A stretch of DNA of 64,000 nt. It comes from Spirochaetia bacterium (GTDB taxonomy: Bacteria > Spirochaetota > Spirochaetia > DSM-16054 > Sediminispirochaetaceae). The notes beneath the pieces are model-generated. The model had not been told where the DNA came from. It searched no databases and saw nothing but the letters and a program-made list of their open reading frames with translations. Every line of letters starts with the position of its first letter. Position 1 is the stretch's first letter. Positions 33,273 through 43,320 of the stretch are shown in pieces. The stretch is taken from assembly GCA_034520965.1 (NCBI GenBank), contig JAXHMY010000002.1, positions 352,001 to 416,000 on the forward strand, in the 5' to 3' direction. Made by a program: the position numbers and the translations under genes.

Positions 33273-34292
33273 TTAAGGGTATGTTTTTCGAAAACGCTTA
33301 ACCCTGGGATATGCATTTAGATTGAAATCCGAATGTTCTCCGCGTTTCAAATAGTGATACCCGATTCCGGCAATCATAGCACCATTATCCGTACACAAGC
33401 CCATTGAGGGAAAAATAGCTTCAACCCCCTCCATCGCCTCCAAGCGGCTGCGCAGAAGCGAGTTGGCCGCAACTCCGCCACCGGCTACAATGCGGGTCAG
33501 GCCGGTATCTTTTACCGCCCGTTTTACCCTGCGCACCAGCATATCGATTGCAGCCCGTTGAAAAGAAGCGGCGATATTTTCAGGAGATTTCTCAGCTGCC
33601 CCGTCCCAAAACTGATCAAGCTGGTTGATAACGGCGGTCTTTAAGCCGGAATAAGAAACATCATACCGGTGGGTGCCCTTGTGCAGTGAGGGGTCGGGGA
33701 ATGCAAAGGCCTGCGGATTGGCCACCTTGCTTTGTGCAAGCTTGTCGATGGCCACCCCTCCGGGATATCCGAGCTGATAGTGCTTGGCAACCTTGTCAAA
33801 AGCCTCTCCACAGGCATCGTCGATGGTTGCTCCCATTACTTTAATGGTATCAAAATCTTCAACCTTTGAGATGACTGTATGACCTCCGGAGACCAAAAGC
33901 CCCATATAGGGATACTCAATATCGTACTCCAGATGTGGTGCGTACAGATGCGCCCGGATATGATCGATCCCAACGAAGGGAATATTCCGTGCCAGAGCCA
34001 GACCTTTTGCAAAGTTGAGGCCAATCAGAAGTGAGCCGACTAAACCGGGACGGTTAGTCACTGCAATACCATCGATCTTATCCAAACCTACACTGGCGTT
34101 TTTTAAGGACTGGCCGGCAACCGACAGTATCCATTCGGTGTGCATTCTGGAAGCGATCTCCGGAACCACCCCGTCGAAGGGGCGGTGAATATCTATTTGA
34201 GATGCTATTTCATTGCTTAAAATTCGGCGTCCGTCTTCAACTACAGCGATTGCGCACTCATCACAGGAGCTTTCAATTCCCATTACCAGCAT
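33273..34292 (-). CDS. tsaD: tRNA N6-adenosine threonylcarbamoyltransferase
   Basis: GIESSCDE, GVVPEIASR, HIRAH, VSGGH, DDACGEAFDK, GGVAAN, TDNGAMI. Confidence 0.97.
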   Translation of the reverse strand: MLVMGIESSCDECAIAVVEDGRRILSNEIASQIDIHRPFDGVVPEIASRMHTEWILSVAGQSLKNASVGLDKIDGIAVTNRPGLVGSLLIGLNFAKGLALARNIPFVGIDHIRAHLYAPHLEYDIEYPYMGLLVSGGHTVISKVEDFDTIKVMGATIDDACGEAFDKVAKHYQLGYPGGVAIDKLAQSKVANPQAFAFPDPSLHKGTHRYDVSYSGLKTAVINQLDQFWDGAAEKSPENIAASFQRAAIDMLVRRVKRAVKDTGLTRIVAGGGVAANSLLRSRLEAMEGVEAIFPSMGLCTDNGAMIAGIGYHYLKRGEHSDFNLNAYPRVKRFRKTYP

Positions 34293-35415
34293 GTACATGC
34301 TCCTCTGCAAAAAATGATGAAAGGTGGACAAACTCGTACCCACGATCCTCTATCTTTCCATACCACAAAGAGAGGGTAGAGGCAAGCTCCCGGCTCCATA
34401 CATGTCCGATCATAACCGCATAGCCCTGGCTGCGAGCAACTTCCAGGGCACTGCTAAGGGCCAGTTCAATCTCTAACGGATCTTCAATATTATCCAGAAA
34501 CACATTCCGCTCTGAAAAGGGCAAGCCCAGTTTCTCCGCTACCCTATTCCCTACCGTGTCAGCGGTAGTGCGGCTGTCGAGAAAATAGAGCTGCCGCCCC
34601 TTCAATACCGAAAAGAGGGCTTCCATCAGTTCAGGATTGGCGGTTCCTTTAGAACCCATATGGTTATTCACTCCAATCACCCGGGGCAGCTGGTCAAGGT
34701 TCTTATTCACAATTTTCCGCATTTCCTCCGGCTGCATTCCCACGTACAGTGCACCAGGGCCCGGGTCTTCATCGCCTATAGGTTCAATCGGCTGGTGGAG
34801 AATCATCTCCTCTCCGGAACGTGCAATTTGTTCCTGAGCCGCCCGGCTAAACTCAAGTCCCGGCAGAAGTGCAAAGGTCATAGGTATCGGCAAATCGAGA
34901 TAGTTGTCTAGCTGCTCCAAACTGTAACCCACATCATCAATTACCAGATACAGTTTGCCCCCTTTGGCGGGGGGTGCAGGAATGTGTTCAAGTGGATGCA
35001 GGAGCAACCTCTCTTCCTCGGAGATAGATTCCTCACCGGTCTCTTCGGGGTAATCGGTATCAGTATCAGTAGACTCGGGCTCATCCAGGATTGGAGGAAC
35101 CGTTAGGGGATCAGATTCTACTTGCTGACTTTCCTCCCCTTCTATAGCCCCTTCTGTAGTTTCTTCTGTAGCCCTCTCGGTGTCCTTATCCAACGCAAGG
35201 TTCTGGGAATCCGGTCTCGGGAGCATCACCAGCAGAATAAACAGGGAAACTGTAATCAAAGTGAGCAGGGCATAGGCAAGCTGCACCCGTCGCCGCTGGG
35301 AGGGTGCCTTTTTCTTTTTTTTGGAGGTTCTATTTGCAGATGCTGCTGAATTTTCAGTTGAATCCGACTCAGAGGCTGTGTTTTTATTTTGTTGGTTATT
35401 CGAAGCGTTTTTCAT
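34273..35415 (-). CDS. Divergent polysaccharide deacetylase family protein (YibQ-like)
   Basis: TM anchor; VIDDVG, HQPIEP, NNHMGS, FLDSRT, RNVFLD, IGH. Confidence 0.9.
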   Translation of the reverse strand: MKNASNNQQNKNTASESDSTENSAASANRTSKKKKKAPSQRRRVQLAYALLTLITVSLFILLVMLPRPDSQNLALDKDTERATEETTEGAIEGEESQQVESDPLTVPPILDEPESTDTDTDYPEETGEESISEEERLLLHPLEHIPAPPAKGGKLYLVIDDVGYSLEQLDNYLDLPIPMTFALLPGLEFSRAAQEQIARSGEEMILHQPIEPIGDEDPGPGALYVGMQPEEMRKIVNKNLDQLPRVIGVNNHMGSKGTANPELMEALFSVLKGRQLYFLDSRTTADTVGNRVAEKLGLPFSERNVFLDNIEDPLEIELALSSALEVARSQGYAVMIGHVWSRELASTLSLWYGKIEDRGYEFVHLSSFFAEEHVHAGNGN

Positions 35416-35484
35416 ATTGCCTGTCTATCGGTATCGGGCCATCCACCGGAAGGGGGGACATTGCCCGATTACCTGCAGACGGCC

Positions 35485-36324
35485 TTATTCGTAAATATAT
35501 TCTCTCATTTCATCGGCATGTAGACGCAATTTCTTGATTGCCTTCATTTCAATCTGCCGAACTGTTTCCGGAGAGATGCCCATCTCCTCGCCAATGCGCT
35601 TTAAGGTAACCTTCTTGCCCCCATAGAAAGAAAAACGGTACAGCAGTACTTGTCGCTCTTTCTCACGCAGATGATCAAGAAACTTCACCGTATCCTCTTG
35701 TGCACACTTTTTCAACAGCTCATCATCGGGTTGGTAGGTAGTATCTTCAAACATGTCTCCAAGTCGGGAGTCAGTCTGTTCATCCTCCCAATCCAGTGAC
35801 ACAACCGGGTTTGATGAATAAAGTACTGCAGAGACTTCAGACTCTTTGACGTGCAGGGCTGCAGCAATTTCGTGCATTTCCGGCTTCCGCCCAAAGTCTT
35901 GACTATAAGAGTAATAAAAACGCTGAACTTTACGCAGCAGCTCCTCTTTTCGGTGGGGCAGTTTTATGTGGCGCTGATTTTTTGCAAGAGCCCGGACGAT
36001 CGATTGCCTTATCCACCACGCGGCGTAAGTTGAGAAGCGGACATTTTTTCGATAATCGAATTTTTCGGCAGCTTTCATCAGTCCGATATTCCCTTCTTGA
36101 ATTAAATCGAGAAAGCTGAGCCCGGGAGACATATAGGAACGGGCGATCTTAACCACTAATCGAAGATTCGACTCTGTAAGAAGGCGCAAAGCGTATTCAT
36201 CGCCCTTTTGGATTTTTTTTGACAATTCAATTTCTTCGGCAAAAGTGAGGAGCGGCTGTTTCTTGATACCGGAAAAGTAATTCTGTAAAGCGTCCTTTTG
36301 GACATCTACTGTTTTATTGCTCAT
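35485..36324 (-). CDS. rpoS: Group 2 sigma70 factor, RpoS-like
   Basis: Regions 1.2-4 without 1.1 (NLRLVVKIA, DLIQEGNIGLMKA, RFSTYAAWWIRQ, TLKRIG..ETVRQIE); gene position recalled as matching Borrelia rpoS. Confidence 0.75.
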   Translation of the reverse strand: MSNKTVDVQKDALQNYFSGIKKQPLLTFAEEIELSKKIQKGDEYALRLLTESNLRLVVKIARSYMSPGLSFLDLIQEGNIGLMKAAEKFDYRKNVRFSTYAAWWIRQSIVRALAKNQRHIKLPHRKEELLRKVQRFYYSYSQDFGRKPEMHEIAAALHVKESEVSAVLYSSNPVVSLDWEDEQTDSRLGDMFEDTTYQPDDELLKKCAQEDTVKFLDHLREKERQVLLYRFSFYGGKKVTLKRIGEEMGISPETVRQIEMKAIKKLRLHADEMREYIYE

Positions 36325-36346
36325 TTCATACCCTCCGTCATAATAA

Positions 36347-36362
36347 TGCAACAACCATGCCA
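36347..36362 (-). promoter_or_regulatory. sigma54 (-24/-12) promoter
   Basis: TGGCATGGTTGTTGCA versus consensus TGGCAC-N5-TTGCA; 22 nt upstream of the ATG, with a GGAGGG RBS between. Confidence 0.75.
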
Positions 36363-36514
36363 AATTATTAAAAGTTGGGTAAAATTTAGTATTTCTTTTG
36401 TTTGTATATAGTTAGCGCCTATGTACTGATAAACAGAAACAAGGATAGCCATAATAGTATACTTTTTTATACATTAATAGCTATTTGTATAGTCCAGTTA
36501 TCCATGCATAATAA

Positions 36515-36889
36515 TTAATTAAGCCTTGACAGCTGCTTATAGAGCATATCATCAAGTCCAATATCCCCATTCTTGGATATTGACTGAGCGTACTCATCAT
36601 AGAGCATATCCTCAAAAATCTCTTCTGCCTGACCACCCTCCAGAAGACCGCTCTTATTTACTGTCTTCCGCATGGAATCAAGCATTTGCTTTATGAAAAT
36701 AGCTTGAAAATCGGAACAGGTTTCTTTTAATCTGTCGTTTTTGGCAGTATTTTCAGTATTTGCATCGGAGCTCCCGGCTGCTCTGCCGCTGCGCGCTTTC
36801 GCCTGGAGGGAGTTGCTCTGCCGACGTATCCCGGCCTGTTGCTGCTGCAGCCGGCCCAGCTGCATCATATTACTTGAATCAATTTCCAT
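36515..36889 (-). CDS. flgJ: FlgJ rod-binding protein, single domain
   Basis: FQAIFIKQMLDSMRKT...MLYDEYA...GLDDMLYKQL; follows flgI. Confidence 0.88.
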   Translation of the reverse strand: MEIDSSNMMQLGRLQQQQAGIRRQSNSLQAKARSGRAAGSSDANTENTAKNDRLKETCSDFQAIFIKQMLDSMRKTVNKSGLLEGGQAEEIFEDMLYDEYAQSISKNGDIGLDDMLYKQLSRLN

Positions 36890-36928
36890 GTGTCTCTCCC
36901 CCCGGCTTAAACATTACAGAATTGCTTT

Positions 36929-38002
36929 CTACATAACCTCTAAAGTGCCGTACAGCGCTCCGGCACGCTGAATGGTTTTTAACACTTCAATTATATCATC
37001 GACCTTCATCCCCGCCTCCTTGAGAACTGATACCAATTCTTCAACCTTCACCGTTTCATCAAACTGCACACTGGACTGGGCGGCGGACTCGCCGGTTCTA
37101 TTCCACCCCACAGATATTTCGGATGAATTGAAAGAGACTACCACTGGGGCTATTCGTACCGATTTTCCCATTACAACCACCCCTGAATGACGATTTATTA
37201 CCACGCGGGCAGGGTAATCAGGGTTTACAGTAAGCTGTTCTATCGCAGCGCTTAATTCAGTAGAACTTATTTCATTGTCTGCAGAGGGAATTACCTCAAT
37301 TTTCTCGGCATCAACCGCTCGCACAGCAAAATCCTCATACTGGCTCCGGATAGCGTCCCGAACCGCAATTGCCAAGGAAAAATCTGGGGAATTGAGCAGC
37401 ACCGCGACTCCATTTTCAGTTTCAAAGTCGGAGACCACCGGCTGTTCAATAATCGCACCGGCGACAATACCGCCGGTGGTACGCTTATCGGATCTCTGCT
37501 GATCCTGGGTTGCATAACTGCTATTAACCACACCCTGAGCTACCGCATACACTTCGCCGTCTGCAGCCGAGAGGTTTGTCTGCAGCAGTACACCCCCGGC
37601 TATATTTCGGGCGTCCATTAAACTAGAGACAGTCACATCTACAGTTTGACCGGTTCGAATAAAAGGAGGAACCGTCGCCGTCACTACCACCGCTGCGCTG
37701 TTTTTACTATCGATATCCTCAGCGGCGATATTCACATCGAAGGCGGACAAGAAATTCGAGACCAGCTTTTTATTCACTTGGGAGCGACTGCTGTCCCCCT
37801 CTCCCCGTAAACCGGTTACTAGGCCGAAACCAACCAACTGGTTTGAACGAACCCCTTCTATTGCGGCAATATCGCGAATTTTAACTGAGGCCGGTTGGGC
37901 TACAAGAAGATTTCCATGGGGGAGCAATAAGAAAAGCAGAGAAAAAAGCATTCCCAACCCAACTGCTCTGTGTCTAATCAGTGAAATTATCATTTTACTC
38001 AA
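36929..38002 (-). CDS. flgI: Flagellar P-ring protein
   Basis: IRDIAAIEGVRSNQLVGFGLVTGL, GGVLLQT, YAVAQG, AGALYG. Confidence 0.93.
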   Translation of the reverse strand: MSKMIISLIRHRAVGLGMLFSLLFLLLPHGNLLVAQPASVKIRDIAAIEGVRSNQLVGFGLVTGLRGEGDSSRSQVNKKLVSNFLSAFDVNIAAEDIDSKNSAAVVVTATVPPFIRTGQTVDVTVSSLMDARNIAGGVLLQTNLSAADGEVYAVAQGVVNSSYATQDQQRSDKRTTGGIVAGAIIEQPVVSDFETENGVAVLLNSPDFSLAIAVRDAIRSQYEDFAVRAVDAEKIEVIPSADNEISSTELSAAIEQLTVNPDYPARVVINRHSGVVVMGKSVRIAPVVVSFNSSEISVGWNRTGESAAQSSVQFDETVKVEELVSVLKEAGMKVDDIIEVLKTIQRAGALYGTLEVM

Positions 38003-38984
38003 AAACCACCTCTCCTGCCTGCACTACCCGGCACTCTTTAATCACACCTGTGTCAAATTTAACCGCCACCGACTCATTGCGGCCGGCCTCGCCCCTCGCA
38101 TTCCCTGCTATTCGAAGCTGCACGGCCCCCCTCTGCATCATCACGCTTACCCTATCTCCCGGAACCACCAAGGGTTTAATCCGGGCATTGCGTATATGCA
38201 GAGGTTCTCCGGCAAAAATCTCAGTACGAGCCTCAAAATCACCCCCATGGGTGGAAGTAAGCGCCTCAGGGTACGCGCCCAGCCTCATAGGGCGTTTCTG
38301 TACATCATCAACTGTAATAACTTCACCTTCTATTATCCGTCGCTGAGCTGTCAGATAGGGGGTAAAGCGTTCGATTGTAACCGTGACCACCCCCTGCATA
38401 GAGCCTTTTTTGACCAGAAAACGAGCCGAGGATTTTCCCTGCCCCATGTCGCGAATAGTTAGCAGCTCACTGGTAAGTTCAAGGGATTTACTATCGCCTA
38501 TACTTCCACCTGTGACGCCCGTTGTAAGAGCCTGGAGGGATGCCGGCACATAAGGAATATCTATTTCGATACGCTCTTCTGGGGATTCATATTTCTTTGC
38601 AACCTGCTGCAGTACCTGGGTAAACATTTCTATCATAGCGGGCGATTCGATTCGAGAGGGAATATACACAGCCCGACGGCCAACTAAGGACACGGCACTT
38701 TCATCAAGCCCCTGGGGATGTTCAGTTTGCAGCACCCCGCTTATTTGCCAAAGAGGCAGCACTACAGGGCTTTCACCGAATACAGTACTACTATTGGAGC
38801 TAAGGGAGAACTGCGTATTATCACTTACAACCTCAATAAAGACATCGCTCATTGAAACATTTTCGCCCGCAGGTATGATATGGGGCCTGACATACAGTTC
38901 ACTCAGGTCGGCGGCGGCCGTTCCGGTAAAGTATAAGAGCACAACAGTTATGCACACTATAATACGCCCGCCACCTTTATCCAC
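37995..38984 (-). CDS. flgA: Flagellar P-ring formation chaperone FlgA-like
   Basis: C-terminal SAF-like segment and LVVPGDRVSV...GNARGEAG; lies between flgG and flgI. Confidence 0.75.
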   Translation of the reverse strand: MDKGGGRIIVCITVVLLYFTGTAAADLSELYVRPHIIPAGENVSMSDVFIEVVSDNTQFSLSSNSSTVFGESPVVLPLWQISGVLQTEHPQGLDESAVSLVGRRAVYIPSRIESPAMIEMFTQVLQQVAKKYESPEERIEIDIPYVPASLQALTTGVTGGSIGDSKSLELTSELLTIRDMGQGKSSARFLVKKGSMQGVVTVTIERFTPYLTAQRRIIEGEVITVDDVQKRPMRLGAYPEALTSTHGGDFEARTEIFAGEPLHIRNARIKPLVVPGDRVSVMMQRGAVQLRIAGNARGEAGRNESVAVKFDTGVIKECRVVQAGEVVFE

Positions 38985-38987
38985 TTA

Positions 38988-39782
38988 TTACCTCTTTAAG
39001 TTATTGGCAATTCCAAGCATTGTATCGGAAGTCTGGATCGCTTTTGAGTTGAGCTCGTAAGCTCTCTGAGCGGTGATCATACTGACCATCTCCTGCACCA
39101 CCGAGACATTTGACTTTTCCAAGAACTTGTGGACCGTCTTGCCCATTCCGTCCAGACTGGGACGTCCGCCAATAGCGTCCCCGGAGGCGTTGGTTACCTT
39201 AAACAAATTTTCACCGATTGCCTTCATACCGGCGGGGTTGGTAAACCGGAACAATTCCATCTGGCCTACTTCGATAGGATCATCACTGCCGGGCACTTTT
39301 ACCGTCACACGTCCGTCCTGGGTAACTGTCAGACTGTTGCGTACAAAGTTCTCCGGCAGAACTATTTCCGGCATCATACGATAACCGTTGGAAGTGACAA
39401 ACTGTCCGTTCTGATCAATTTTAAAAGAGCCGTCCCGGGTATAACCGTAACTGCCGTCAAGCAGCATAACCCGAAAAAAACCTTCCCCCTGAATGGCCAT
39501 GTCCGACACGTTGTCGGTACTTTGTAAGGCTCCCTGGGTGAACATCTTCTGGGTTGCCGCAACCTTCACACCATGACCTACCTGAATACCGGTAGGAACG
39601 GTGGTCCGCTCTGTGGCGGGAGTGCCGGCAATTCGAGTATTCTGATACAGAAGGTCCTCAAAGTCGGCCCGGTTCTTTTTGAACCCGTTGGTATTCACAT
39701 TGGACAGGTTGTTAGAAATTGTGTCGATGTTGAACTGCTGACCGGTCATGCCGCTGGCTGCGGTCCATAATGAACGCATCAT
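38988..39782 (-). CDS. flgG: Flagellar distal rod protein
   Basis: SLWTAASGM, ISNNLSNVNT, YTRDGSF, LEKSNVSVV, QRAYE. Confidence 0.96.
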   Translation of the reverse strand: MMRSLWTAASGMTGQQFNIDTISNNLSNVNTNGFKKNRADFEDLLYQNTRIAGTPATERTTVPTGIQVGHGVKVAATQKMFTQGALQSTDNVSDMAIQGEGFFRVMLLDGSYGYTRDGSFKIDQNGQFVTSNGYRMMPEIVLPENFVRNSLTVTQDGRVTVKVPGSDDPIEVGQMELFRFTNPAGMKAIGENLFKVTNASGDAIGGRPSLDGMGKTVHKFLEKSNVSVVQEMVSMITAQRAYELNSKAIQTSDTMLGIANNLKR

Positions 39783-39793
39783 ATATTACTCTC

Positions 39794-40642
39794 CTATACC
39801 TTTAACACGTCGTTTACGAGTCTGCCGCTCAATTCATCCTGAGTCTTTATGGTTCGCTGATTGGCCTCGTAAGCGCGATTTACTTCTATCATCTTTACCA
39901 TTTCGGTAACCGGATTTACATTGGAATTCTCTAAAAAGCCCTGCTCGACCTTTGTTTCCGAACCAAGAGCAGCCGCCATCTGATCTCCAGTCTGATCGGT
40001 GGTTTTCCACATTGAACTGCCCTGTTTTTTAAGAAAACGGGGCCTGTCGAAAGTCACCACTTTCAGGCGGTCGATTAGTTCCATGTTCTCCCACTCGTTC
40101 TCTTCCATCGACACTAAACGTTGAGGATCTCCGGCAAAAGTCGCATTCTGGTAGACATTTCCCTGTTTATCCACTACAAAATTGTTCTTCTTTATCTCAA
40201 TTATCCCGTTTTCACCTTTTACCGGGAGGCCTTCTTTGGTGACCAATATCCCCTCTTTACTTAAGTGAAACGAGCCGTTACGGGTGTATCTTTCCCCGGT
40301 AGGAGTTTCAATGCTAAAAAAACCCTCCCCGTCCAAGGCTAAATCAAAGGGGTTGTTAGATTGCTGCAGCTCACCCTGTTCAAAAACGGTGTACGATTCG
40401 TTGTACTCAACTCCTGAACCGACAGTCCCAACCACTGGAGACATATCGGCGCTTCCGAAGGGAAACTTGTACACGCCGTTATCGTTGGTGCGCCGTAACA
40501 GCATCTCTGGGAAAGCTTTACTCACAGACACATCACGTTTATAACCTGTTACATCTACGTTCGACAGGTTATTTGATAAGGCATCCATCCTGTCTAACTG
40601 TGCCTTCATTCCACTGGCGCCGGTATATAGTCCTGATATCAT
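39794..40642 (-). CDS. flgF: Flagellar hook-basal body rod protein FlgF/FlhO
   Basis: GLYTGASGM, SNNLSNV, YTRNGSF, LENSNVNPV. Confidence 0.8.
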   Translation of the reverse strand: MISGLYTGASGMKAQLDRMDALSNNLSNVDVTGYKRDVSVSKAFPEMLLRRTNDNGVYKFPFGSADMSPVVGTVGSGVEYNESYTVFEQGELQQSNNPFDLALDGEGFFSIETPTGERYTRNGSFHLSKEGILVTKEGLPVKGENGIIEIKKNNFVVDKQGNVYQNATFAGDPQRLVSMEENEWENMELIDRLKVVTFDRPRFLKKQGSSMWKTTDQTGDQMAAALGSETKVEQGFLENSNVNPVTEMVKMIEVNRAYEANQRTIKTQDELSGRLVNDVLKV

Positions 40643-40667
40643 GCGACTTCGATCCTCCTACTTATGT

Positions 40668-40694
40668 ATATCGGACATTGCCGGAGGAACTTGA
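40668..40694 (-). promoter_or_regulatory. sigma28-type promoter for the flg operon
   Basis: TCAA-N15-TCCGATAT versus consensus TAAA-N15-GCCGATAA; AGGAGG RBS downstream. Confidence 0.6.
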
Positions 40695-40815
40695 CGGTAG
40701 GTTGATACTCTATTTCATCTACTTTCACCCCTGAAAAGCCCTCAGCCCTCGCAGGGTACAGGAGTCCAGAAACTAACTTGATTTTTTTTTCAATTCCGGC
40801 TAAATTCGCAGGCAA

Positions 40816-40887
40816 GCCAAAATAGCTCAGTGGTAGAGCAACGCTCTCGTAAAGCGTAGGTCGACGGTTCGAATCCGTCTTTTGGCT
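40816..40887 (+). tRNA. tRNA-Thr(CGT); probable integration site
   Basis: GCCAAAA...TTTTGGCT; anticodon arm ACGCT-CTCGTAA-AGCGT; upstream TTGATT-17-TAAATT promoter. Confidence 0.95.
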
Positions 40888-41005
40888 CTTACAACTCCCT
40901 ACGGTGTAGGGAATTATGAGACCTACCGGAAAACCGGCGGTTTCTCCAAACCACTATGGAAGATAGGCGGAAGATAAAACTTCCCCTATTTTGAAGGATG
41001 GAGAT

Positions 41006-42349
41006 ATGCGCCGGTATTCGATTTACAAAAGAAAAAACCGCCCCAACTACTATGCACAGATACTCAACTCTAACACAGGGCAATATTTACCACCAAAGAG
41101 CACCGGAAAGACAGAGAAGAGCGAGGCGCTCCTCGTCGTGGCCGACTGGCTAAAAAACGGACTCCCGGACGGGCCGACCCGCCGCCGAATAGGCGAAGCA
41201 GTCGATGTGGACACAATCCTCTACCACGTCCGTAAGGCTGAGCTGACTACCGGGGACGCCCAGCGCATCGTTGACGCCCTACAGAGCCGTGGATTGATCG
41301 AATCGGCAACTATGGCCGGATACGGGGCCGACTCGGAGTCCTTATTCGATTTTCTCACACGATTATGGGATTACGACAGCTCGCCGTATGTGAAGGAAAA
41401 AATCGCTTACGGGCAATCGATCGGGCGGCGGCATTGCTACGAGCAAAACAATCGCATTACCTATTGGCGTCATTTTTTTGGCGAATCAACCCGGCTGCGC
41501 GACCTGACCCGTGAAGGGCTTGAGTCTTTCCAGCTTTACTTAAAAACAGAAAAAGGCCTGGCATCCAATACCGTGAATATGATCCTAAAAGTAGGAACTG
41601 TGGCCTTTAATTGGGCAGAGAATAAAGAGATCATCGCCTCGAATCCAGCGACGGGACTCCGTAAGTTTTCCGAAAACAATAAAAAGCGAGGGATACCAAC
41701 ACCTTTCGAGGCTAAAAAACTGTTCTTCCTCGAATGGCGAGACGAACGGGCCCGTGTTGCCAACCTACTCGCGATGACCACAGGAATGCGCATGGGCGAG
41801 ATATTGGCCCTTCGTCGCAATGATGTAGAGCAGGACCGCCTCCGCATTAAACATGCGTGGAGCTTCCAAGATCGGCTCAAAGCGCCTAAAAATGGCGAGA
41901 CGCGAGCCGTCCCCCTTCTCCCTGCGGTGCGCACTGAGATGCTAAAACTAGCCGACACGAACCCTCACGGCGATGGCTTTATTTTCTACAGCGATAAACC
42001 AGGGCAGCCGGTAGATGGCAAGGTATTCAATAGGGCACTAAAGCAGGCGCTTGTCGATATGGCCCTGGACCCCGATGATCGCGGAGATCAAGAGAAGCGA
42101 AAGAATGCGGCCAAAGAGGTGCGGGAGCGAAACATCACCTTTCACTCTTGGCGTCATTACTTTGCCGCTAACCTGGCCGACAAGATCGATCTGCGCACGG
42201 TGCAGCTAGCCACAGGACACAAATCCGGCGTCATGGCAGAGCACTACGCATCGCATGCCCATGAGGGGCACTTCCGGGAAATATCGCAAACCGTGGGGGA
42301 TGTATTCGCTAACGTCATACCCTTCGCAGGCAGTGAGAGCACAGGGTGA
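41006..42349 (+). CDS. Tyrosine recombinase/integrase
   Basis: Catalytic set R (TGMRMGE), K (APKNG), HxxR (FHSWRH), H (ATGH), Y (EHYA). Confidence 0.93.
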   Translation: MRRYSIYKRKNRPNYYAQILNSNTGQYLPPKSTGKTEKSEALLVVADWLKNGLPDGPTRRRIGEAVDVDTILYHVRKAELTTGDAQRIVDALQSRGLIESATMAGYGADSESLFDFLTRLWDYDSSPYVKEKIAYGQSIGRRHCYEQNNRITYWRHFFGESTRLRDLTREGLESFQLYLKTEKGLASNTVNMILKVGTVAFNWAENKEIIASNPATGLRKFSENNKKRGIPTPFEAKKLFFLEWRDERARVANLLAMTTGMRMGEILALRRNDVEQDRLRIKHAWSFQDRLKAPKNGETRAVPLLPAVRTEMLKLADTNPHGDGFIFYSDKPGQPVDGKVFNRALKQALVDMALDPDDRGDQEKRKNAAKEVRERNITFHSWRHYFAANLADKIDLRTVQLATGHKSGVMAEHYASHAHEGHFREISQTVGDVFANVIPFAGSESTG

Positions 42350-42836
42350 CGGAGTATGCCAGGAGTAAAAGTTGAACCCTAGGGGCTTGTAATATCTACC
42401 CAGCGGAGTGAGAATGAACAATCAATCCCCTTCAAGCGGGAGGAGCTCTCCGTTATCCGGGTAATGGCACTCCTTCCAAGACTTCTCCAAGCTGTTTGTC
42501 TACGCTGACGATGCACCCGTGAGTGTAAAAGCTATAGATTCATTTCCAAATAATAATACCCAGTGCAAAGACTACCCCCCGATACCTGAGCCTCTCAATT
42601 GATATCCGAAAAGTTAATTCTCACTTTCCAGAAAAGTAAAGCCCGCTGAAAACGGAGGTACCCATACAGCATAAAACTGTATCCGCACCTATGCTCTATA
42701 GTCGTTTTCAATAGGCTGAATTCGGGTGTGGCGTGATGGGGGTAGAATCTCTATATTCTTGATGGAAGGGAAAAGAGAGGCTTGAATACTTTTGACACCA
42801 AAAAGCTTTCACGAGGTTATAGGAGGAATTAAAACG

Positions 42837-43022
42837 ATGACTAAGTCTGAAGACAATGAAGCATTACTAACGTATAAGGAAATTGCCAGTTACCTTCGCA
42901 TCAGTCCTGTCACTCTACGTCGATATGTTTCAGAGGGGAGAATCCCCTATTTAAAAATCGGGCGATCAGTTCGATTTCGAAAAGAACATGTTGATACTTG
43001 GTTAGAAAAAAACAATCACTGA
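42837..43022 (+). CDS. Excisionase-family HTH DNA-binding protein
   Basis: LLTYKEIASYLRISPVTLRRYVSEGRIPYLKIGRSVRF; GGAGGA RBS. Confidence 0.88.
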   Translation: MTKSEDNEALLTYKEIASYLRISPVTLRRYVSEGRIPYLKIGRSVRFRKEHVDTWLEKNNH

Positions 43023-43039
43023 AATAGAGAGGTAGTTTT

Positions 43040-43225
43040 ATGGATAAACATAACGAGAAGGTATTAAACCAGGAAATTGAGCGTTTGAAAAATGAAATCC
43101 CACGTATTCTGTTTGGGTCAGTGGCAATTACACTGACCCTGCATGAGGGGCGTGTCTCGCGGGTAGAACATCACCGTTCGATAAAGGAAACCGTTCCACA
43201 AGCAAATGACAGAAGTGATTCATAG
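43040..43225 (+). CDS. Small protein, DUF2292/YezD-like
   Basis: FGSVAITLTLHEGRVSRVE pattern; GAGG RBS. Confidence 0.55.
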   Translation: MDKHNEKVLNQEIERLKNEIPRILFGSVAITLTLHEGRVSRVEHHRSIKETVPQANDRSDS

Positions 43226-43320
43226 GGGTGGGAAGCCGAAATTGGAATGTTTGCCAAGCTCGGTAAAACATAGCAATACGCAAAGCCAGTATAATCTGAG
43301 CTTCAGTTCATACAAGGGGG

